64,000 bases of DNA from Planctomycetota bacterium (GTDB taxonomy: Bacteria > Planctomycetota > PLA2 > JAEUHO01), in contig JBFWRP010000003.1 in NCBI GenBank assembly GCA_050248855.1, positions 156,049-220,048 of the forward strand, read 5' to 3'. Position 1 is the stretch's first letter. Every line of letters begins with the position of its first letter. Positions 56,549 through 64,000 of the stretch are shown here, piece after piece. Below the pieces are notes generated by a model. That model was not told the DNA's origin, searched no databases, and worked only from the letters and a program-made list of their open reading frames with translations. Position numbers and translations under genes: made by a program.

Positions 56549-57547
56549 TCACTCCACCGACCAGGCGGCCAGCCACTCGGCGCCGCCGCGGCGGTAGCCA
56601 CGCGCTTCCAATCCCTTCTCGATGCCTTCCATGTGCGCCGCGCCGTAGAAGACCGCGATCGAGCGGACGTCCTTCGCGGCACGTATCTCGTCCACCTTGG
56701 CCAGCGCCACGTCGTTGCGGCGGTGCAACAGCACGTCGGTCATCCGGGCACCCAGCGCCCCGAGCATGCCCTGGACCTCGGTGCCGCCCAGCACGCTGGC
56801 CAGCTGGCGCTTCAGTCGTCTGCGCAAGGGGAGCGAGCGCTCGTCGTCGCTCATGAGGCGGTCCATCATGGGACCGACCATCTCGAGTAGCCTCATGGCC
56901 ATCTTCATGCTGGCGGGCAGCTTGACCTCGTCGCCGGGCTCGCCGCCCATCGCGGCGGTCAGCTCCTCCGCCGTCATGTCGGCGTGGACGAAGTGGGGGC
57001 GGGTGTAGTCGATGCCCTCCAGCTGGAAGGTCAGGCCCAGCCACTTCGCCATGCGCGTCTGGAGCGCGCGGAGCGGCTCGTTGGCCGAGCTGGTGGTGCC
57101 GTTCTCGAGGTCCTTCGTGGTGGCGCCCTCGGGGAGCACGGCCTCGAACAGGGTCACGTCCACGCGGTCCAGCCTGCGCTGGGCCGCCCGGAAGAACGCC
57201 TCGTCCGCCAAGTGGACGGCGCCCACGAGGTCCACGCGCGGGCCGTCGGGCGCCAGCCACGTGGTGACGGCCACGTCGAGGCCGCCGGGCGTCGTGTCGG
57301 TCGGCTCGCGGTAGCGCAGGTGCTGGCCGGCCTTCGGGGCATCGGCGCGACGCTCGACGGTGGCCACGTCGGCGCGCGCGAGGTGGACCTCGTCCCCGCC
57401 GGGGAGCAGCAGGTGGATGGCCTGCTCGCTGTCGGCGAGCACGATGCCCTCCAGCTGCGTGCCGCCGGTGAGCTCGATGTCATCGGCCGCCACGGGGGTC
57501 GCGGCGGCTACGACGGCAACAAGAGCGAGGATTCGGAGGATGCGCAT
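56549..57547 (-). CDS. Exported TraB/GumN(Tiki)-like protein
   Basis: Signal peptide; LVGAVH, LFE, RRND, FYGAAH motifs. Confidence 0.6.
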   Translation of the reverse strand: MRILRILALVAVVAAATPVAADDIELTGGTQLEGIVLADSEQAIHLLLPGGDEVHLARADVATVERRADAPKAGQHLRYREPTDTTPGGLDVAVTTWLAPDGPRVDLVGAVHLADEAFFRAAQRRLDRVDVTLFEAVLPEGATTKDLENGTTSSANEPLRALQTRMAKWLGLTFQLEGIDYTRPHFVHADMTAEELTAAMGGEPGDEVKLPASMKMAMRLLEMVGPMMDRLMSDDERSLPLRRRLKRQLASVLGGTEVQGMLGALGARMTDVLLHRRNDVALAKVDEIRAAKDVRSIAVFYGAAHMEGIEKGLEARGYRRGGAEWLAAWSVE

Positions 57548-57549
57548 GA

Positions 57550-57957
57550 TCAGGCCCTTTGCTGCTTCAGCAGGTCGCGGATCTCTTCCAGCAGCACCTC
57601 GCTCTTGGGCGGGGCGGCGGGAGCAGCCTCTTCCTTGGCCATCAGCTTGTTCATCGCCTTGACCAAGATGAAGAGCGCGAAGGCCATGATCAGGAACGCA
57701 ATGACGGCATTGATGAAGCTGCCGTACTTGATGGCGACTTCGGGAACCTTGACCTTGGTCCCCTCCAAGATGGCGTCCTTCAGCACCAGCTTCTTGTCGC
57801 CAAAGTCCACGCCGCCCAGTGCCATGCCCAACGGCGGCATGAGCACGTCGTCCACCATGGACTTGACCATCGTGCCGAAGGCCGTCCCGATGATGATGCC
57901 CACGGCCAAGTCCACCATGTTGCCCTTGAGCGCGAACTTCTTGAACTCCTTGAACAT
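57550..57957 (-). CDS. mscL: Large-conductance mechanosensitive channel
   Basis: EFKKFALKGNMVDLAVGIIIG, YGSF, LLEEIRDLL. Confidence 0.96.
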   Translation of the reverse strand: MFKEFKKFALKGNMVDLAVGIIIGTAFGTMVKSMVDDVLMPPLGMALGGVDFGDKKLVLKDAILEGTKVKVPEVAIKYGSFINAVIAFLIMAFALFILVKAMNKLMAKEEAAPAAPPKSEVLLEEIRDLLKQQRA

Positions 57958-57972
57958 GAGACGTGTCTCCCT

Positions 57973-59109
57973 CTAGAGGTCACTGAAGATGCCGGGCGGC
58001 GCTATCACGTGGCCGCCCGTGGGTCGTCGGGGCAACACGCCGCCGGCCAGCTGGCCGCAGCCCATGCCCTCTTGCTTGCCGCCGCTGTAGCGCGTCTTGA
58101 CCGGGCGGCCGAGGCGGCGGAGCGCCGTCGTGAACTCCTTGACCTCGGTCCACGTCGGCGCGCGGTAGGGCGTGCCCCCCGTGTCGTTCCAGGGGATCAC
58201 GTTGAGGATCACGCGCAGGCCCTGGAGGCGCTCGTCGAGCGCCTCGATGTGGGCTTCGTCCATGTTGACGTCGGGAATCGCGACGTACTGGAACGTGAGC
58301 CACTTCACCTGCCGGATGCGCTGATGCTCACGGAACGCGGCGAGGAGCTCGTCCAAGCCGTACGTACGGGCCACGGGCATGAGGGCCCGGCGTGTCTCGT
58401 CGATCGCCGAATGCAGCGACAGGTGCAGCCGCCAGGGCCGCGCCTCCGCCGTGAAGCGGCGGATGGCGGGGACCAATCCCGAGGTGCTCACGGTGATGCG
58501 TCGCTTGGAGATGGCGGGGCCGTCGCGGTGGGCCAGGTTGTCGCAGGCGAGCAGTACCTCGTCGTAGTTGTGGAGCGGCTCCCCTTGGCCCATGAACACC
58601 ACGTCGCCCACGCGCTCGTCGTCGTCGCGGGCCGCGCGGGAGAACGACTCGAGGATCTCGCCCGCGGTCAGGTTGCGCGCGAGGCCCAGCGTGCCCGTCG
58701 CGCAGAAGGTGCAGGCCAGCGCGCAGCCGACCTGCGACGACAGGCAAAGCGTGCGGTTCTTGAGGTTCTTGAGCCGCACCACCTCGAAGACGTGGCCGTC
58801 GCGCGTGCGGAAGAGGTGCTGGACCGTGCCGTCGGGCGCCTCGCGGCGGTCCGCGACCTCCAACAGCGGCTCGAGGTCGAAGCGCGATGCGAGCCAGCCG
58901 CGGACGCGGCGGCCGAGACCCGCCTCGTCGGCCGAGGCGGCGCCCTCGCGGTGCAGCGCGACAGCCAGGCGCCGTGCGAGCAGCGCGGGGTTGGGTGCGC
59001 CGGCGCCTGCAAGCACGCCCTCGAGGTCCGCGATGGCGAGGTTCCTCAGGTGCGTGCGCGGCGCCAGGACGGAGGTGTCAGCGACCGCCGCCACCGAGCA
59101 GGGGTCCAA
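57973..59109 (-). CDS. RlmN/Cfr-family radical SAM methyltransferase (start uncertain)
   Basis: LCLSSQVGCALACTFCATG, FMGQGEP, SLH, GCGQL. Confidence 0.85.
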   Translation of the reverse strand: MDPCSVAAVADTSVLAPRTHLRNLAIADLEGVLAGAGAPNPALLARRLAVALHREGAASADEAGLGRRVRGWLASRFDLEPLLEVADRREAPDGTVQHLFRTRDGHVFEVVRLKNLKNRTLCLSSQVGCALACTFCATGTLGLARNLTAGEILESFSRAARDDDERVGDVVFMGQGEPLHNYDEVLLACDNLAHRDGPAISKRRITVSTSGLVPAIRRFTAEARPWRLHLSLHSAIDETRRALMPVARTYGLDELLAAFREHQRIRQVKWLTFQYVAIPDVNMDEAHIEALDERLQGLRVILNVIPWNDTGGTPYRAPTWTEVKEFTTALRRLGRPVKTRYSGGKQEGMGCGQLAGGVLPRRPTGGHVIAPPGIFSDL

Positions 59110-59716
59110 GCAGGCTCATGCAGCCGGGGCCCCCGGCGCCGCCGCTGGGCGACTGGCCGGTGCCGCGCCCTTTGAGGATCTGTTCCAGGATGCCGCCGAG
59201 GTCGGGTGTCGAGCCCGGGGTGCCGTCCGGCTCGCGGGGCGGGGGAAGCACCGGCCCGCGTCCGAAGACGTCCGGCAAGCGCTTGGGCTGTTCGATGCCG
59301 CCTTCCTTCTTCATCTTGCCGAGCACGCCCATGATGAGCGGCGCGAGCATGATCAACAGCTGCAGCGCCTTGCCCTTGTCGAGGCCCGCGAACTGGCCGA
59401 CGGCGCCGGCGGCCGCGTCTTGGTTCTCGCCCAGCACGTGGCGCAGGATGCCCATCCCGTCGTCGTCGCGTTGACCGGCAAACACCTCGTCGCGGCGCTC
59501 GAGGACCGAGCCGTCGTGGTCGCGCTCGATGGCCTCGTACAGCGCCCGGTCGCCGCCGCGACGGCGGGCATTGTTCTTCATGGCCTCGGCCAGGACGGCG
59601 GCCGAGGCCACGACGCCGCGCCGCGTGGCGCGCTCGTCGGCCTCGACGCGCTGGCCCATCCGTTCGATGGCCTCGCGGTCCAGCGTCTTCTGCAGCAGGT
59701 CGCCAAGGGTCGGCAT
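59078..59716 (-). CDS. DUF937-like protein
   Basis: 'DHDGSVL', 'GILRHVLG', 'LLIMLAPLIMGVLGK'. Confidence 0.7.
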   Translation of the reverse strand: MPTLGDLLQKTLDREAIERMGQRVEADERATRRGVVASAAVLAEAMKNNARRRGGDRALYEAIERDHDGSVLERRDEVFAGQRDDDGMGILRHVLGENQDAAAGAVGQFAGLDKGKALQLLIMLAPLIMGVLGKMKKEGGIEQPKRLPDVFGRGPVLPPPREPDGTPGSTPDLGGILEQILKGRGTGQSPSGGAGGPGCMSLLGPLLGGGGR

Positions 59717-59755
59717 GGGGCCCTCCAAGAGGGCCCCAAGCCTACCCGGGCGGCA

Positions 59756-60556
59756 CTACTCGAGGTCGAAGAGGAGCACCTCGAGACCACCCTCGCCGCC
59801 CACGATCCGGAGCGCGCCCGGATCGCTGGTGCGGATGCCGTCGCCGGCGCCCACCGGCACGTCGTTCACGCGGCCTTGACCGCGGGCGACCTGGATCCAC
59901 ACGTGGCGCCCGGCCTTGTTCTCGAAGCCGACCTCGCGGCCCGCGCCGAGACGGCTGGCGTAGATGCGCGACGGGGTGTGGATGGTCACCGCGCTCTTCT
60001 CGCCCGGAGGCGCGGCCACCAGCACGAGGCGGTTGTCCAAGCCACCTTCGGGCAGCCGGACCTGCTCGTAGGACGGCTCGATGCCGCGCTTGCCTGGGAA
60101 CAGCCAGATCTGCAGCAGGTGCGTGCGGTCGTTGGGCGCAGGGTTGAACTCGCTGTGGCGGATGCCCGTGCCCGCGCTCATGCGCTGCACGTCCCCCGGG
60201 CGGATCGTGCTGCCGTTGCCGAGCGTGTCGCGGTGCTCCAGCGCGCCGTCCAGCACCCACGTCACGATCTCCATGTTGTCGTGGGGGTGCATGGGGAAGC
60301 CGCGGCCGCCCTGGATGCGGTCCTCGTTGATCACGCGCAGCGCGCGGAAGCCCATGTGCTCTGCATCGTGGTAGCCGCCGAACGAGAAGCTGTGCCATGC
60401 GTCCAGCCACCCGTGGCGGGCGTGCCCGCGTTCGTGCGCACGGCGCAGGACGAGTCGCGGGCGGCGAGCGCCTTCGGCGCTCGCACCGTCCGTGGGAAGG
60501 AAGGCAGCACCCGCGGCCGCAGCCGCCGTGGCCTTGAGCATGTCGCGTCGGTTCAT
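59756..60556 (-). CDS. Pirin family protein with an N-terminal twin-arginine signal
   Basis: RVINED, MHPHDNMEI, MSAGTGIRHSE, LQIW; N-terminus MNRRDMLK...ASA. Confidence 0.9.
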   Translation of the reverse strand: MNRRDMLKATAAAAAGAAFLPTDGASAEGARRPRLVLRRAHERGHARHGWLDAWHSFSFGGYHDAEHMGFRALRVINEDRIQGGRGFPMHPHDNMEIVTWVLDGALEHRDTLGNGSTIRPGDVQRMSAGTGIRHSEFNPAPNDRTHLLQIWLFPGKRGIEPSYEQVRLPEGGLDNRLVLVAAPPGEKSAVTIHTPSRIYASRLGAGREVGFENKAGRHVWIQVARGQGRVNDVPVGAGDGIRTSDPGALRIVGGEGGLEVLLFDLE

Positions 60557-60578
60557 GGGAGGTCTCCTAACGCGGAAG

Positions 60579-60609
60579 AGTCTACCCGAAATACTTGTTG
60601 AAACAAGTA
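60579..60609 (-). promoter_or_regulatory. Pirin promoter with a palindromic operator over the -35 element
   Basis: TTGTTT-16-TAGACT; TACTTGTT-GA-AACAAGTA perfect 8-bp arms at 60592-60609. Confidence 0.7.
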
Positions 60610-60617
60610 AAGATCGA

Positions 60618-61391
60618 TCACGGGGCGGCGCGGGCCCGGAACAGGGCTTCCCCGGTGGGGAGGCGGCGGGTCGTGAGCACCACCAAGTGGCTCGCCCGGA
60701 TCAGTCCCCGCAAGCCTGCCACCGCCCAGGCGCGCAGCTCGCCGCGCTCCGCCAGGGCCGCAGCCGCCTCCTGGACGCGGCCCCCGACGGGCATCTCCAG
60801 GACCACCACGTGCCCGCCCGGCGCCAGGCGCTCCCGCGCGCCCTCGAGCACGCGGCGGGGGTCGTCGGCGACGGCGAGCGTGCGATCCAGCAGCACCACC
60901 TCGAAGGCACCCACGGCCCGATGCATCTGCTCGGGCGCTCCCTCGTGGTGGGGAATGCGCGGTGCGCCGGTCTCGCCGGGACCCAGCGTCGTCGGCTTCC
61001 AGCCGGCGCCGGCGAGCTTCAGCGCCCGCGGCAGCGGATGCTGACCCACGACGAGCACACGTGCGCCGGCCGGGGCCTGGACGTGGCCCAGCTGACGCGC
61101 ACGACTGCCGCCCTCGCCCACCAGCCGTCCGAGCACGTAGCCGAGCGTCGAGGCCGGGCCCTTGGGACGCGGCAGCCGCACGCCCAGCCTCCGTCGCACC
61201 CCGCCCACCTCGCGGCCCGCCGCGAAGCCCGAGGCGATCGGAGCCACATCGTCCGCATGCTGCGCGCCCGCCGCACCGTCGAGGCGCCATAGCAGCCCAC
61301 AGCGCTCGCACCACGCCGTCTCCGCATCCACGCCCCGCGAGGCGTGCGCGCACTGCGGACAGGGCGGCTCGGGATGCGCGGCCAAGGTCAC
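60618..61391 (-). CDS. Hypothetical protein: zinc-ribbon (CPQC...CERC) plus degenerate methyltransferase-like domain
   Basis: 'FEVVLL...LAVADDP...ERLAPGGHVVV' resembles a class I MTase C-terminal part; no clear GxGxG. Confidence 0.5.
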   Translation of the reverse strand: MTLAAHPEPPCPQCAHASRGVDAETAWCERCGLLWRLDGAAGAQHADDVAPIASGFAAGREVGGVRRRLGVRLPRPKGPASTLGYVLGRLVGEGGSRARQLGHVQAPAGARVLVVGQHPLPRALKLAGAGWKPTTLGPGETGAPRIPHHEGAPEQMHRAVGAFEVVLLDRTLAVADDPRRVLEGARERLAPGGHVVVLEMPVGGRVQEAAAALAERGELRAWAVAGLRGLIRASHLVVLTTRRLPTGEALFRARAAP

Positions 61392-61417
61392 GAGACGAAC
61401 CTACCTCCGCCGTGGAG

Positions 61418-61492
61418 TGGTGGGGGCAGAGGGATTCGAACCCCCGACCTACGGCTTAAAAGGCCGCGGCTCTACCGCTGAGCTATGCCCCC
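61418..61492 (-). tRNA. tRNA-Lys (anticodon TTT)
   Basis: Cloverleaf: acceptor GGGGGCA/TGCCCCC, anticodon arm GCGGC-CTTTTAA-GCCGT, T loop TTCGAAT, encoded CCA. Confidence 0.96.
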
Positions 61493-61553
61493 GGGTGCGT
61501 CGTCGTGCCGCAAGCCGGATTGTAGGCCCCGCGGGCTCGGATAGGGTGCCGGG

Positions 61554-62543
61554 GTGAGCCCGCGTCTCCTCCTCCTGCTCCCGCTGCTGCTGCTCGGCTT
61601 GGCGTCGCCGCTCGTGCACGGCGCTTGGGCTTCCGAGACGACCGTGGCCCAGCGCGAGATCGACCAGCAGGAGCTGTTCGTCTTCGAGGAGGGTGGTGCC
61701 CGCTTCGACGTGACCGTCGAGCGTGGACCCCGGCGCGCGACGCGGGCCGGCATCGAGGGCTGGCTTCGGGCCGCCGCACGTGCGGTTGCGGGGCTGCATG
61801 GCCGGTTCCCCGTGCCGCAGGTACGGGTCGTCGTGAAGCCCGGGGGGACATCGCGAGACCCCGTGATCTTCGGGCAGGCCGTGCGACGCGAGGAGGAGCG
61901 CCTCGACCTCATCCTCTGCCGTACCGCCACCGACGACGAGCTGCCGGGCGAGTGGATCGCCATCCACGAGATGACCCACTTGGCCTTTCCGCGCATCGAC
62001 CGCACGGATGCGTGGATCAACGAGGGCTTCGTGACGTACTACCAGGAGGTGCTTCGCACGCGCGCCGGCTTCCAGTCCGAGCCCGAGGGGTGGGGGATGC
62101 TGGCCGACGGGTTCGCCCGTGGCGCCACGCGCGGGTCCGGTCGATCGCTCGCCGAAGAAAGCCGCCTCATGCAGCGCACCCACGGCTACTGGCGCGTGTA
62201 CTGGGGCGGAGCGGCCATGGCGCTCGACATGGATCTCGAGCTGCGCCGGCGCACGGGCGGCAAGCGCACGCTCGACGACGTCGTCACCTGGTGGTGGCGC
62301 GCCTTCGGGGCGCGCCGAGGGGCCACGCGCGGCCTCGAGCTGATCGACGCGGCCGATCGTTGGCTCGGAGCTGCGATCCTGCGCCCCCTTGCGGACCGCC
62401 ACTTGGCTCGCGTCGAGTTTGCCGACGTGCGGGAGCTGTTCGGTCGGATCGGCTTGGCGCCGCGGGGCAACGACGTGGTCTACCTCGACCAGGGGCCCCT
62501 GATCCGGGAGCGCACGCGAATCATGCGGCCCGGAGGACGCTAG
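61554..62543 (+). CDS. Exported gluzincin metallopeptidase (M61/M1-like)
   Basis: Signal peptide; HEMTH...[10 protein letters not shown]; downstream VYWGG. Confidence 0.78.
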   Translation: MSPRLLLLLPLLLLGLASPLVHGAWASETTVAQREIDQQELFVFEEGGARFDVTVERGPRRATRAGIEGWLRAAARAVAGLHGRFPVPQVRVVVKPGGTSRDPVIFGQAVRREEERLDLILCRTATDDELPGEWIAIHEMTHLAFPRIDRTDAWINEGFVTYYQEVLRTRAGFQSEPEGWGMLADGFARGATRGSGRSLAEESRLMQRTHGYWRVYWGGAAMALDMDLELRRRTGGKRTLDDVVTWWWRAFGARRGATRGLELIDAADRWLGAAILRPLADRHLARVEFADVRELFGRIGLAPRGNDVVYLDQGPLIRERTRIMRPGGR

Positions 62544-62578
62544 CGTGGGTAGGCTCCAGCGGTAGCCGGAGGCAAGCC

Positions 62579-63301
62579 ATGGGCCGCATCTTCGAGAAGC
62601 GCAAGACCACCATGTTCGCGCGCTGGAACCGCGTCTCGAAGCAGTTCAGCCGCCTCGCCAAGGACATCGCGATCGCCGTCAAGTCCGGCGGACCCAGCCC
62701 CGACGCCAACCCCCAGCTGCGGCGCATCATGCAGAACGCCCGCGCGCTGAACATGCCCAAGGACAAGGTCGAGGCCGCCATCCGGCGCGCTTCGGGCCAG
62801 GACGCGGTTGCCTACGAGGAGATCGTCTACGAGGGCTACGCGCCGCACGGCGTGGCGATCTTGGTCGAGGCCGCCACCGACAACGGCACGCGTACGGTCG
62901 CCAACGTGCGCTCCATCTTCAAGTCCAAGGGCGGCAACCTCGGAAACGCGGGCAGCGTCGCGTTCCAGTTCCAGCGCATGGCCGTCTTCCGCCTGAAGGC
63001 CGAGGGCCTCGATGCCGACGAGCTCGAGCTGGAGCTGATCGACCACGGTCTGGAGGAGATGCTCGAGGGCGAGGCGGAAGACGGCACGCGACAGCTCGTC
63101 ATCCGCACCGCGTTCACCGACCTCGGCCCCATGCAGCGCGCTCTGGAAGAGCGCGGCATCGAGCCCATGTCGAGCGGCACCGAGTACATCTGCCAAGCAC
63201 CGCTCGAGCTGCCCGAAGACCAGGCCAGCGAAGTGCTGGAGCTGGTCGACGCGCTGGAGCAGGACGACGACGTCCAGCGCGTCTTCCATGCGCTCGCGTA
63301 G
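62579..63301 (+). CDS. yebC: YebC/PmpR family protein
   Basis: [40 protein letters not shown]. Confidence 0.93.
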   Translation: MGRIFEKRKTTMFARWNRVSKQFSRLAKDIAIAVKSGGPSPDANPQLRRIMQNARALNMPKDKVEAAIRRASGQDAVAYEEIVYEGYAPHGVAILVEAATDNGTRTVANVRSIFKSKGGNLGNAGSVAFQFQRMAVFRLKAEGLDADELELELIDHGLEEMLEGEAEDGTRQLVIRTAFTDLGPMQRALEERGIEPMSSGTEYICQAPLELPEDQASEVLELVDALEQDDDVQRVFHALA

Positions 63302-63304
63302 GCG

Positions 63305-64000
63305 CTAGGTCAGCAGCACGCGCCCGCGCGCTCCGACATCCACCAGGCCGAGCTTGAACAGCAGCGGCTCGATGCGCTTGCGGACCGCGGCCTCGGGCAA
63401 GCCGAGATAGGCCGCAATCCGGCACAGCGTGACGGGGCCGCGGGCGGCCGCCAGCTCCTCCAGGTAACGGCGGTGCTCGGGGTCCAGGCCGGTCTCGTCG
63501 AGCTCGAGGCGCGTCAGCGCCGCACGGACGGCGCGGCAACCGACGGGCTCGGCCAAGCCCTCGTGGCAGGCCACCTGGGCACGGATCGCCTGCACCAGGG
63601 CGCCGACCTTGCGCGGGCTTCCACCCGCCGCCTGGGCGATCAGGAGGGCCGCCGTCAGCTGCAGCGTGAAGCCCCGGCGGGTGGCCACGTCCATGGCGAT
63701 CTCGGCCAGCTGGGCCGGTGTCATCAGCGTGAGCCGCTCCACCGCGCCGAAGCGGCTGCGCATGGCGTCGGGGATCTCCATCTCCTCCGTCGTGGCGGCC
63801 AGCAGCGTGAAGCGCGGCAGCCCCAGCACGATCTCGCGCGAGCGCGCTCCTTGGTTGACGGTGAGCGTGACCCGCTGATCGGTCATGGCCTCGTAGAGCA
63901 GCTCCATGACCTTGCGCGGCAGCGAGTGGATCTCGTCGAGGAACAGCGCATCCCCCTCACGAAGGCCGGCCAACAGGCCCAGGAGCGTGGTCGGGTCGCT
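63305..64000 (-). CDS. RuvB-like AAA+ ATPase, divergent; 5' part outside the window
   Basis: FLDEIH, LYEAM, LPRFTLLAATT, RSRFG, GSPR, GLD, IEPLL..GL...RGR; frame open to the window edge. Confidence 0.8.
   Translation of the reverse strand, partial: SDPTTLLGLLAGLREGDALFLDEIHSLPRKVMELLYEAMTDQRVTLTVNQGARSREIVLGLPRFTLLAATTEEMEIPDAMRSRFGAVERLTLMTPAQLAEIAMDVATRRGFTLQLTAALLIAQAAGGSPRKVGALVQAIRAQVACHEGLAEPVGCRAVRAALTRLELDETGLDPEHRRYLEELAAARGPVTLCRIAAYLGLPEAAVRKRIEPLLFKLGLVDVGARGRVLLT

Noticed and set aside
56549..61492. Genomic island integrated at tRNA-Lys (or at tRNA-Gln)
   Set aside because: No integrase, no duplicated tRNA 3' end seen, and composition resembles the rest of the window

Overview
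Very GC-rich bacterial chromosome segment, almost certainly Planctomycetota (PVC superphylum). Evidence: a TIGR04137-type PVC signature small basic protein (16492-16716), a BamA with the planctomycete-type 'RNFDI..P.S..D...G.AF.G.GQ' insert, exported HEAT/NPCBM/vWA proteins, and an EF-Ts lacking the canonical TDFV motif. About 55 CDS and two tRNAs (Gln-TTG, Lys-TTT). No rRNA, CRISPR array, transposase or prophage was seen. The right half is largely a housekeeping super-cluster: tatC-ychF-cinA-tRNAGln-glmU-prs-rplY-pth-rpsF-rpsR-rplI-dnaB-bamA-skp-lpxC/fabZ-lpxA-oxidoreductase-rpsB-tsf-pyrH-frr. The left half is envelope and regulatory. The best candidates for undescribed biology are: (1) an ECF sigma whose membrane anti-sigma carries a periplasmic CxxCH heme-c motif; (2) tandem paralogs, the complete one a ~1500-aa lipoprotein with Ig-like stalk repeats and antibody-CDR-like Tyr/Ser loops; (3) a 24-nt promoter core identical between the PVC signature protein gene and rpsB, and nearly identical at rpsF; (4) MraZ-type GTGGAG repeats and a palindrome upstream of dnaB; (5) widespread leaderless promoters; (6) a secretin-like segment inside a HEAT protein; (7) a recurring Sm/Hfq-like module in exported proteins; (8) a pirin with a Tat signal. 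All family calls come from motif recognition by eye; no searches were run.
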